From Mobula hypostoma (taxonomy: Eukaryota), in assembly GCF_963921235.1 (NCBI RefSeq), contig NC_086107.1, forward strand, positions 94,428,001 through 94,492,000: a stretch of 64,000 nt of DNA, given 5' to 3'. How positions within the stretch are numbered: position 1 is the first letter of the stretch; each line of letters begins with the position of its first letter. The notes under the pieces were generated by a model, which was not told the DNA's origin, ran no database searches, and was given only the letters and a program-made list of their open reading frames with translations. This document shows, one piece after another, positions 26,965 through 43,300 of this stretch. Made by a program: the position numbers and the translations under genes.

Positions 26965-27520
26965 CAAACACGAGGAAATCTGCAGATGCTGGAAATTCAA
27001 GCAACACACACAAAAAATGCTGGTGAATGCAGCAGGCCAGGCAGCATCTATAGGAAGAGGTACAGTCGACATTTCGGGCTGAGACCCTTCGTCAGGACTG
27101 CTGCGTTCACCAGCATTTTTTTGTGTGCATAGCATCAACATTGATTTCTTTAACTTTCTATCACTTCCCCTCCCTTTTTCCGTTCCCCATTCTAGCTGCC
27201 CTCCTACCCCCTTCTTTTCTCCTGCCCTCTCTCCCATGGTCCACTCTCCTCTCCTATCAGATTCCTCCTTCTTCAGCCCTTTACATCCCCCACCTATCAC
27301 CTCTCAGCTTCTTACTTCAGCACCCTCCTTTCCACTTTACCCGATCGCTCCTATCACCTGCCTCTTTATATGCCCCCACACACCCCTCAACCTCCTTATT
27401 CTGGCTTCTGTCTCCTTTCCTTTCCAGTCCTGACGAAGGGTCTCAGCCACGTCGACTGTTTATTCTCCTCCACAGACGCTGCCTGACCTGCTGAGTTCCT
27501 CCAGCATTTTGTGGGCGTTG
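26965..27520. mobile_element. Penelope-like element terminal repeats in inverted arrangement
   Basis: Recurring module tctgcagatgctggaaat...acacaaaatgctgg...caggcagcatct plus a hammerhead motif, in opposite orientations at ~26965-27100 and ~27130-27520. The same module is attached to GIY-YIG remnants elsewhere in the window. Confidence 0.75.
27063..27100 (-). ncRNA. Minimal type-I hammerhead ribozyme motif (Penelope-associated), best-preserved copy
   Basis: Minus-strand RNA CAGUC-CUGACGA-AGGGUCUCAGCCC-GAAAU-GUC-GACUG: 5-bp stem I, CUGANGA core, GGG/CCC stem II, GAAA box, minimal stem III, GUC cleavage triplet. Confidence 0.75.
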
Positions 27521-27972
27521 CTCCGAAAGGTCACCCTTTGTCTGGTGTCGAAGGGTAGGGAAGCTTTGATGGAATTTCACACTGAAGCTGGAGTTCTGGT
27601 CTCCGTATCTGAAGAATGATATTCGAACACAGAACAATACAGCACCGTGCAGGCCCTTAGGCCCATTCAGCATCGTGCTGTCCCTTTGGCTCACAAGGTG
27701 CCATCCTTCTAACCTGCACCAACGTCAATCTCTGCCCCTCCACTGGAATAATCCTCTAAAGATGGACTCCTCATCGCCCAGTCTACCTGATTTCACTTTT
27801 CATCTGTCTACCTGCACTGCACTTTCCCTGTAGCTGGAACACTCCGTTCAGCATTCTGAATCCCTCTATTTACGTATGGAGTGATCTCGCAAACAAGGGT
27901 TTCGGCCCAAAATGTCAGCAGCCCTTTTTTTTCCCTGTAGACACTGCCTGGCCTGCTGGGTCCCTCCGGCAT

Positions 27973-32799
<4,827 letters not shown>

Positions 32800-33354
32800 A
32801 TTGTTTGGGGTGAGCTGTCTGGATGTCAGGCAAACACATGCTGCTCACTGACAATGATACACCAGGACTAACATCCTGAGTAGCTACTGATCCCAGTCCT
32901 GACGAAGCATCTCAGACCTGAAGCGTTAACTCGCTTCCCCAATGTTGGATCTTCCACCATTTATTTCCTCATTTTATTTGGGACAATAATAAATCATTTT
33001 TGCACTCCGGTTGTTGGTCATAAGAGCAAGAATGTGATACTGAGGCTTTATAAGGCAACACACACAAAGCACTGGAGGAACTCAGCAGGCCAGGAAAAGA
33101 GTACAGTTGACGTTTCGGGCCGAAACCCTTCGGCAGGACTGGAGAAAAAAACCTGAGGAGCAGATTTAAAAGGTGGGTGGAGGGGAGAGAGAAGCACCAG
33201 GTGATGGGTGAAACCTGGAGGGGGAGGCATGGAGTAAAGAGCTGGGAAGTTGATTGGCCAGAGACGGAAAAGGGGATGGGAAATGGAGAAGGATATGAGA
33301 TGTTGGTCAGGCCGCACTGGAGTGAGTAGTTTTGGACCACCTTATCTAACACAA

Positions 33355-33774
33355 TTTCTCCGTGGATTGTCACCTTGTCGTGGTGGAGAAGCTTGTGTGG
33401 TCCTGTGATCCCGAGAGCAATGTTGTCTGGAGCGATACTCCTGGTAGGGTCACCCATGGCGGTAAGGTTGAGGGTGAGGTCCCTGACAAAGAACAATCCA
33501 ACCAAGACCTCAACGGTGGAACAGGTGGACAAAGTTACTTCGAACTCAGCGGCTGTGAAGGCGGATGAAGGCTGCAACAAATCCATCAGCTCCAATCGTC
33601 GTGGTTTCCATGCCATTAGAATCAGTTGGTTGATTTGTGAAGTATCGTGTGCTTCTTGGAGTGCAACATCAAGTACACGTTAAACAAATACACGCACAGG
33701 CGTCTTCACTCTGTGGGCCACTTCTCCAGAATGAAGACCATCATCCTCGACCTCGAGGGATAGCCACGATGACG
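33355..33774 (+). mobile_element. Short non-autonomous RTE-related retroelement (~420 bp)
   Basis: 5' end caccttgtcgtggtggagaagcttgtgtg...cctggtagggtcacccatggc resembles RTE (Expander/Rex3-type) 5'UTRs as recalled; short GATGACGAT tail; flanked by ATCTAA(C/T)ACAA at 33344-33354 and 33775-33785. Confidence 0.65.
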
Positions 33775-34849
33775 ATCTAATACAAAATGCTGGAGGAGTT
33801 CAGCAGATCAAGCAGCATCCCTGGAGGAGAACAAACCCATTCCCAAACTGGAACATAATGTCTGGGGCTGATGTACCAGGAGAACAGCGAACGATGTTGC
33901 CGGGACTTGAGGACCTGAGTTGTAGGGAAGGGTTGAAGAAGTTCAGACTTCATTCCCTGGAGTGTAGGAGAATGAGGGGAGATTTGATCGAGGTATGCAA
34001 AATCATGAGGGGTATAGATAGAGTAAATGCAAGCAGGCTTTTTCCACTGAGGTTGGGTGAGACTAGAACTGGAGGTCAGGGGTTAGGGGTAAAGGGTGAA
34101 ATCTGGGAACACGAGGGGGAACTTCTTCACTCAGAGGGTGGTGAGAGTGTGGAACTTAGGGTGAGTGGTGGATGCAGGTTTGATTTCAACATTTAAGACA
34201 AATCTGGATAGGTGCCTGCATGGGAGGGGTATGGAGGCCTTTGGTGTGGGTTGATGGGACTAGGCAGAATAACTAGTACAGATTAGGTGGGCTGAAGGGC
34301 TAGTTTCTTTACTATAGTTCTTTCTGATTCTATGACTCTATGATCGCTGGGATCTTTGGCAAAACAGATCTTTGACAAAACGGATTTGACAATACCGATA
34401 CAAGACCCGAGACTCTACACCCAGCTTCAAGCAGCACTAATTGACTCCATTGCACTTTTTTGAAAGAGGATCATTTGAGTTTTCTGGGCAATATTTCTGC
34501 TGCAAGCATTATTAAAATAAAATGGTAATTTAGGTATTACACTGCGACTGCTTTCCTTTCGATAATGGTAGTCCAACATCAAAATCAAAGTAAATTTATT
34601 AACAAAGTACATATATGTCACCCTGAGATTCATTTTCTTGCAGGCATTTACAGGAAAATAATGAAATAGAATAGAGTTTGTGAAAACTACGTAAACGATG
34701 ACCATAAGACACAGGAGCAGAATTGGGTCACTGAGTCCATTGAGTTTGCTCTGCCATTCCAACTTGTTTGGTTTATTATCCCTTTGAACCCATGAACACT
34801 ACATCACTACGTGTTTTTTATTTCTGTTTTTGCACTACTGTACTTATTT

Positions 34850-35425
34850 TAAGCTATCTTGGTAGCTTTATATCACAAGATGCTAGAAGTAAAGTAGAAA
34901 TAAAAAGAAGAATTGCCATTGCCAAAACCAACTTCCAAAAAATGAAACCCATTTTTACCAACAGACACATCTCTATGACGATAAGGCTTAGGCTACTCAA
35001 ATGTTACATCCGGTCAATCTCGCTGTGTGCTTCCGAAACATGGACTATAACACCAGAACTCCAAAGAAACTTAGAAGCAACAGAAATGTGGTTTCTTAGA
35101 AGAATGCCGAAATTATCAAATAGAGATAGGGTAACTAATGAGACAGTACTCCAACCTGCCCACGCAGAAAGATCTTTGATGAGAACATTAAATGGGAGAA
35201 AACTTAAATTCCTGGGCCATGTCATCAGAAAGGGAGAAATAGAATGCCTTTCATTACGAGGCCGTATGCCTGGGAAACGCGGAAGAGGAAGGCAAAGAAG
35301 AAAATATATGGACACTGTGAAAGAACTAACAGATCTAAGTGTGCGAGATATCATTGACGTTGCGAGGGATCGTTCGATGTGGACAGCCATGATCGCCCAA
35401 GCGTGTAACACGCAAGGCACATGAA
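34850..35425 (+). mobile_element. RTE-clade LINE 3' fragment
   Basis: Open frame YLGSFISQDARSKVEIKRRIAIAK...SETWT...LEATEMWFLRRM...KFLGHVIR...GKRGRGRQRRKY, typical of the RTE ORF C-terminus; embedded in another element's tail. Confidence 0.85.
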
Positions 35426-36719
35426 GATTTTAATTTAACTATTTTATATATATATATATACTTTACTTGGGGTTTTTTTCTATATTTATCATGTATTACA
35501 TTGTACTGCTGCCGTAAAGTTAACAAATTTCATGACATATGCCAGTGATATTAAACCTTATTCTGATTCTATGTATATAAGTTAACCTTCTGTATGTATA
35601 TTGTGTATTTTTAGATTATTGTGCTTTTTATCTTATTGTATGTTTTTTTTTGGTGCTGCATGGGACCCAGCATAACAATGATCGCATTCTCCTTTACACT
35701 CTTGTTCTGGAAATGACATTAAACAATTTAAGATCTTGATCTTGAATCTTGGATCGTGTGGAGAGATTAAATACATATTCTGTTTGGGTGCTGTATTTAG
35801 GAGTAAAACATAGGAACCGTTGCTCAGGAAAACAGACGTATATGTGACTCATAAGGAAGACTGAGGCAGACGGGGGCATTTTCCCCTTAGCGAGTCCATC
35901 AGGAACCTGGACACACTCCACAGACCCAGGGGCAGGGCCAAAGTAACTGCCACTGACAAGATTGGCAACGGCTGAGCAGTTTATTGGCTGCAAGTCACCA
36001 CTTTCACAACTGTACCCAGAACTGCGGTGAATAAATCTGGGAATGGGAATTATAGGCTCCAATTTCAGGAAAGTCCCTGACTCCCTAGGCCAACTGTCGG
36101 AAAGTTCTGACTTCTGGTAAATGGACTGCCCCAGACATCGCTGCTGGAATGGAGAGCTGTGAGGCAGCTCCCCCTGGTGGCAAAGTCCTGCCACTGCTGC
36201 CACAGAGAGTGAGAGCAATCAATACTCCAGTCAGCATCTATGGAGAGGCTGTCTCAGGCCTCGACCTTCCATGAGGGGTCCATCCTCTTTACAACTTTGC
36301 TCTCTGACTAAGCGTTTGATGTCTCTGGGCCTGTACAGGGGGATGAATGGGAGTGTTCTCATTGAAACCTACTGGATACCGAATGTGATTCTGCAGCCGC
36401 TGGAAATCTGGAGCAACGCACACAAAACGCTGGAGGAACTCAATGACTCAGGCAGCATCCATGGAGGGAAAACAACAGGACTGGATAGCGTGGACGTGGA
36501 GAGGATGTTTCCTATAGTGGACTAGAGGGCACAGCCTCAGAATGAAGGGATGCAACAGGGATGAGGAGGAATTTCTTTAGCCAGAGGGTGGTGAACTGGC
36601 AGGGAGGACTGTGGAGACCAAATCATCGGGTGTGTACTGAGGGCAGACATTGTAAGGTTCCTGATTGGGAAGGGGGTTAAAATTTATGGGAAGAATACAG
36701 GTTTTTTTTAAATCATCAA

Positions 36720-37400
36720 CACCAGATGCTGGAAATCCAAAGCAACATGCACAAGATGCTGGCGAAATTCAATAGGAAAGGCAGCATCCAATGAAATAAA
36801 CAAACAGTCAATGTTTCGGCCAGAGACCCTTCTTCAGGTCTGGAGGGGAAGGGGGAAGATGACAGAATACAAGGGTGGGGGAGAGGAGGGAGGAGAGCTG
36901 GAAGGTGACAGGTGAAGCCAGGTGGGTAGGAAAGGTAAAGGACAAGGGGGGAAGGAATCTGACAGGAGAGGAGAGTGGACCACAGGAGAGAAGGGAGGAG
37001 GAGGGGACCCAGGGGGAGGTGGTACGCAGGTGAGAAGAGGCAAGAGGCCAGAGGCCAGAGTGAGGAATAGAAGAAGAGGGAAGGGGGGGAGGGAATTTTT
37101 TTTACTGGAGGGAGAAATCATTATTCCTGCCACCAGGTTGGAAGCTACCCAATCGGAATATGAGGTGTTGCTCCTCCACCCTGAGGATGGCCTCAACATG
37201 GCACAAGAGGAGGCCGTGGTCCAACCTTTCGGAACAGGAATGGGGAATGGGAATTAAAACGTTTGGCCACCGGGACATTCCGCTTTTGGCGGATGGAGCG
37301 GAGGTGCTCGACGAAGCGGTCCCCCAATTTAGGTTGGGTCTCGGCGATGTAGAGGAGGCCGCGTTGGGAGCACTGGACATAGTAGACAGCCCCAGCGGAT
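36720..37400 (-). mobile_element. Penelope-like element remnant (GIY-YIG endonuclease end plus terminal repeat)
   Basis: Minus-strand remnants of the VYYVQC..CGLLYIAET motif and AILRVEEQHLIFRLGSFQPGG.N.DFS, followed by the polypyrimidine UTR and a hammerhead module at ~36805-36843. Confidence 0.8.
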
Positions 37401-38841
37401 CCAGCAAAAGGTCAGCCATGATAGAATGGCAGGAAAGACTTGATGAGCCAACTGGCCTAATCCTGGTCCTGGATTTTGTGTTCTGGGCTTTTGCTCACTT
37501 CAGCCTGAGTTTATCGTGACAGGTACAAGTGCAGTGAAGCCACAGGTAACAACAAGAAACACGCAGGCAACACACCGAACATAAATCACACGAGACTGTG
37601 CAAAGCAAGACACTGATGCCAAACACACAATCAGAAACATGCCTACGATAGATCGATACTTTATTGATCCCAAAGGAAAGAGATTGTCCACAGTGCTCTG
37701 TAGTAAGGATTATGTTTCCACAGGTTGGTCCAAGATGACCGTGGGAAACATGTTCTTTAAGTGTGTAAGCAGAAGTGAGTGTGGGTCAGTCAATCTCTCC
37801 AGTCTGTGTCACTGCTGATTGAGAATCACAGCTAACGCTTTGTCCTGCACTGAACCTAAACCAGTGATTCGCCAAGTATTAATGAAACCTCTCCTTGTTG
37901 CTCGAACCCAGTTTTCCCCACCTTCTTCCGCCGCACTCAATCGGCCTCTACACTTCCTCTGTAACTCTGACGCTATGTTCTGCAGACGGACCAGAGGCTG
38001 GACGCTGGAGGCACAACCTGCTGCAGGAGCTCAGCGGGTCAGGCAGTGTCTGTGGAGGGAGATGAGCAGTCAACGTTTCGGGTCGAGACCCTTCACTGAG
38101 TCATAGAGCACGACAGCACAGAAACAGGCCCTTCGGCCCATCTAGTCCATGCTGAAATGTTACACTGCCTCATCCCAGCGACCACAGCCCTCCGTACCCT
38201 TCCCATCCACGTGCTTATCCAGACTTCTCTTAAATGTCAAAATCAAACCTGCATCCACCATTTCTGCTGGCAGATCGTTCCACACCCGCACAACTGAGTG
38301 AAGAAGTTGCCCCTCGTGTTCCCTTTAAATATTTCACCTTTCACCCTTAACCTGTGACCTCTAGTTCTAGTTCCACCCAACCTCAGTGGGAAAAGCCTGT
38401 TGTTTTTCACCCTTCGCCTTTCACCTACATTCTGCATTCTGTTTTTATTTTCCCTCATACCATCTCAACATACTGACGCGACCAAGTGATCAGTCAGCTT
38501 GGCGTGCAAAACAGCGGTTTTCACCACAGCTTGGTACGCGTAACAGTACGTGGGCAGCACGGTCACGTAGCAGTCAGCGTAACATTAACGCACGTCGGCG
38601 TCCGGGGTTCGATTCCCGCCACCGTCTGCGAGCAGTTTGTGTGCTCGCCCCCGTGGCCACGTGGGTTTCCTCCGGGTGCTCTGGTTTCCTCCCACAGTCC
38701 AAAGACATGCAGGTTAGGGTTGGCGAGTTATAGACACGTTACGTTGGCGTCAGAAGCTTGGCGACACTTGCAGGCTGCCCCCAGCGCATTCTTGGGCTCG
38801 TTCTCACTAACAACATATTTCTCTGTAGGTTTAGATGTACG

Positions 38842-39451
38842 TGTACGGGGTCTTTCTTTTGTTACATTTAAAATGGCAATTTTGTTATGTTAATCTGGGG
38901 AATGCGGCTTTGTTGTGTTTTAACGCTGCAGAGAGTTTGCGCTAACAGTTTGTTTTATTTTAAAATGAGATAACAGGGTTCTATTAGCCAATGCGTGGTT
39001 ATGTATCATTTTGTTTTCGGATGCCATGCTGTATGATATGACTGTGGACTGAGTTTTGGCGGGGAGTCGGAGGAGAGACGAGGAGGACGGCGGACGTGCG
39101 GAGAGGCTCCGGTCGATCACTTCGGGTGGACCCGAGCTGTGAGTCGACGGAATTCGGGTGGTCGTCTGACGTCGAATTGAGCTCCAACGGTAGCACGCGA
39201 AGAACTTGGACTTTGATAAGTGTTGGCGCCTTTTTTTTTCCATTACTTTCCTCTCTGTATCAAATGCATATTAATGTCATAGAATTAGTAATATCTATAA
39301 AGTGTATTTGTTAAAATTTACTGGGTGTGCTGGCTGATGATTGATGTTTGTGATTGATTCGGGCGGCGACTGACCCTGAGGGGAGTGTTGAAGCGGGTGC
39401 TGGGCGGGATTTCCCCTAGACATACACGAGCCAATATAATGGATCGTTACA
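38842..39451 (+). mobile_element. Solo LTR (610 bp) with 4-bp target-site duplication
   Basis: TACG|TGTACG...CGTTACA|TACG: TG...CA termini with short inverted repeats, interrupting the 3' part of a SINE; CpG-rich interior. Strand assignment is tentative. Confidence 0.8.
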
Positions 39452-39579
39452 TACGCGTGACAAATAAGACCATCTTTAGAAACAGAAAACCTACAGCACA
39501 ATACAGGCCCTTCGGCCCACAAAGCTGTGCCGAACATGTCCTTACCTGAGAAATTACCTAGAGTTGCCCATAACCCTCT

Positions 39580-39780
39580 TTTCAAATCTTTTTATTGTTA
39601 TTATTATCCAAAATTAACATGAGTACATCGAAGTAAGCAACACTTACAATGTCTCAAGAAAAAGAATATTATTTAAAGATTGAAAAATTTTGGTGATAGT
39701 TAAAAAACCCTACTAAGCAAGAAAAAGTAGGGGGAAAAAAACCCATTAGGTGTTCAACCCCAGAGCCATGCATCATACAA
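39580..39780 (-). mobile_element. L1-like 3' tail fragment inside a CR1 tail
   Basis: Minus-strand AATAAAAAGATTTGAAAAG end; flanked by CATAACCC(T/C)CT at 39569-39579 and 39781-39791. Confidence 0.55.
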
Positions 39781-42309
39781 CATAACCCCCTATTTTTCTG
39801 AGCTCCATGTACCTGTCCAAGAGTCTCTTAAAAGACCCTGTCGTATCCACCTCCACCACCATTGCCGGCAGCCCATTCCACGCGCTCACCACTCTCAGCG
39901 TAAAAAACTTACCCCTGACATCTCCTCTGTACCTGCTTCCATGCACCTTAAAACTGTGCCCTCTCGTGCTAGCCAGTTCAGCCCTGGGAAAAAGCCTCTG
40001 ACTATCCACATGATCAATGCCTCCCATAATAAATGGAATTTGCCAATTATCAATTCTTTTGTAGACTGTGAAGAGAGGAGAGACTGGACATCCATAATAT
40101 GTAAGAAGTTCTGGTGTGAATTTACTGGAGATTGACGGCCCGGGCCGAGGGAAGAGAGGTTCCCCTTGGCAGAGCTGCTGACGACAAAGACCCTGGAAAC
40201 CTATCAGCAAACTGGTGCTGCAGTACGAGGACCCACTGCTTCCCACCTCCAGGTTGTCCTGACCTCGGGCGCTCTCTGTGTGGAGTTTGCACGCTCCCCC
40301 GTGACCGTGTGGGCTTCCCCAGGTCCTTCGATCTCCTTCCACATCCCAAAAACATGCAGATCCAGAGGGTATTTGTCCACCATGAAACTCCCCTGTGCGG
40401 TGATGTGTGTTAGAATCTGAGGGGCCATCATGGTTAGGGTGAAAGGGGGCCGATGCAGAATTCAGAATCAGAATCAGGTTTATTATCACCAGCATGTGAC
40501 GTGAAATTTGTTCACTTAGCAGCGGCAGCTCAATGCGATACATAATATAGAAGAAGAAAAAAAAGTAATAATAAGTAAATAAATCAATTACAGTATACAT
40601 GTAATGAATAGATTAAAAATCATGCAAAAACAGAAATAATATATATTTTAAAAGTGAGGTAGTGTTCACGGGTTCAATGTCCATTTAGGAATGGGATGGC
40701 AGAGGGGAAGAAGCTGTTCCCGAATCGCTGAGTGTGTGCCTTCATGCTTCTGACGGTAACAGTGAGAAAAGGGTATGCCCTGGGTGCTGGGGATCCTGAA
40801 TAATGGACGCTGCCTTTCTGAGACACCGTTCATTGAAGATGTCCTGGCTTCCGCAGATGGCTGTGGAAGTCAGGACGTTGTGTGTGTTCATGGCTGAGAT
40901 TGACAAGTTACAAGGAGAATGGGGCTGAGAGGGAATAGAAATCAGCCATGATCCACGGCAGAGCAGACATGATGGGCCGAATGGCCTAATTCTGCCCTTA
41001 TGTCTTATGGTCTTAAGTGCAGCTTTGAGCCCCTTCTCTATGAAAGGATGTGCTGGCATTGGAGAGCTGGTTTGCGAGAACAATCTCGGGGATGAAAGGG
41101 TTAATGTATGAATAGTGCTTGATGGCTTTGGGCCTGTACTCACTGAGGTTTGGAAGGTTGAGTGGAGGGGTGGGGTGGGGGTGTAATCTACTGAAACCAG
41201 GTGGTGAGGATGTTTCCAATAGTGGGAGATAGTCTTGGACCAGACAGCACAGCCTCAGATGAGAAGGATGTTTCTTCAGAGGTGAGGAGGAATTTCCGTG
41301 GCCAGAGGATGGTGAATCTGTGGAATTTGTTGCTACAGACGGTTGTGAAGGTCAAGTTATTGCCTCTATTCAAAGCAGAGGTTGATAAGGTTCTTGATGA
41401 AAGGTTTTGGGGAGAAGGAGGTGCTGGAGCATCAGGACTAGGACTGTCAGACTGGGTAACAGCTTCTTCCCTCAGGCTGTGAGACTAATGAATGCCCTGC
41501 CACCACCGAGTTCTCGTTACTAGGACAACCAGCTGTTGACTGTTTACCTGTGCTGCACACTGCACATGCATTTTGAATTACATTTTTTTCCCAGCTGACT
41601 TGTGACAATATTTTGCTCCGTTTTGTTTGGCTGTATTCACGTGTGGTTGAACTTGCGCCCATGTGCGCTACACGTTGCGTGGGTGCACCGTGGTCCGGTG
41701 GGGGGAGGGGGGGGCGGAACGTTGTTTCGTTTGGTTGTATGCATGTGCAGTCAAATGGCCTTAAACTTGAACTTCAGTGGGGTTGAGAGGGAAAGCAAAT
41801 GAGACATGGTCGAATGCCAGAGCAAACTCGATGGGCTGAGTGACCTAATTCGGCTTCTCTCTCTGATGGTCAGTGCATGCGTGGGTCAACGGGCCTCTTT
41901 CCATCCCTGAGAGCTGTGACCTGCAGGTGGGGTCAGGCTGGGCCGCACTTTACTGCCTGGCACTGACTTGCTGGGCTGAACAGCCTCTTCCTGCACTGTA
42001 AAATTTCTGCTATGCAGCGGGAGGTTATTTCCAAAGCCACAGGCCTGATATTTCACCGTCTTGGATTTTCCATTATTGCACAGACCCAAACCGTAGGACC
42101 GAGCATTTTAGCTCTGAAAATGGTCCCGGGGCCCTGCCAAAAGAGGTGATAATCGCCCGGGCTTGTCCACACTCTCTGACTTCCCAGAACAGGTAAACAA
42201 ACAAAAAAACGACAGCCTGTATACTTAACCCAACCAGGTTGCATCATAATAATAATAATGGAACGAATCAGAGGACGCGAGTTAGAATCTATGAAACATG
42301 GCAGATCAA

Positions 42310-43300
42310 GATTACAGCAACACACATAAAAGTTGCTGGTGAACGCAGCAGGCCAGGCAGCATCTCTAGGAAGAGGTGCAGTCGACGTTTCAGGCCGAGA
42401 CCCTTCATCAGAGGTGGGGGAGGAGGGGAGAGAGAAGCAGAAGGTGATGGGTTAAACCGGGAGGGGGGTGAAGGGTGAAGTAAAGAGCTGAGAAGTTGAT
42501 TGGTGAAAGAGATACAGGGCTGGAGAAGGGGGGAGTCTGATAGAAGAGGTCAGAAGGCCACGGAAGGATGAAAAGGGGAGGAGCACCAGAGGGAGGCGAT
42601 GGGCAGGTAAGGAGTAGGGTGAGGGAGGAAAAGGGGATGAAGAATGGTGGGGGGGGGCATTACCGGATGTTTGAGAAATCGATGTTCATGCCATCAGGTT
42701 GGAAGCTACCCAGATGATGTTCCTCCAACCTGAGTGTGGCCCTATCCCAACATTGGAGGAGGCCATGGATGGACATATCGGAATGGGAATGGGAAGTGGA
42801 ATTAAAATGGGCGGCCACAGGGAGATCCCACTTGTTCTGGCGGATGGAGTGTAGACGCTCGGGGAGGCGGTCTCTCAATCTACAGCAGGTCTCACTGAGG
42901 TACAGGAGGCCACACTGGATACAGTAAATGACCCCAACGGACTCACAGGTGAAGTGTGGCCTCACCTGGAAGGAATATTTGGGGCCCTGAATGGTAGTGA
43001 GGGAGGAGGTGTAGGGGCAGGTGTAGCACTTGTTCCACATACAAGGATGAGTGCCGGGAGGGAGATCAGTGGGGAGGGACAAATGGACAAGGGAGTCGCG
43101 GAGGGAGTGATCCCTGCGGAAAGCAGGAAGTTGGGGGGGGGGAGAGAAAGGTGTGTTTGGTGGTGGGATCCCATTGGAGGTGGCAGAAGTTACGAAGAGT
43201 TACGTGCTGCACACACAGGCTGGTGGGGTGGTAGGTAAGGGGAAGAGGAACCCTATCCCTGGTAGGGTGGCAGGAGGATGGGGTGAGGGCAGACGTGCGT
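42310..43300 (-). mobile_element. Penelope-like element remnant with GIY-YIG domain
   Basis: ORF 43082-42660: C..C.TCPY...TIQGPK.SFQVR.HFTCESVGVIYCIQC.GLLYLSET..RLRDR..E.L.SIR....LPVAAHFNS..HSHSDM; hammerhead module at ~42379-42414. Confidence 0.88.

Noticed and set aside
35694..36218. 174-aa minus-strand ORF as a novel intergenic gene
   Set aside because: Non-ATG start, no recognisable domain or exon signals, and its end runs into a TE tail.
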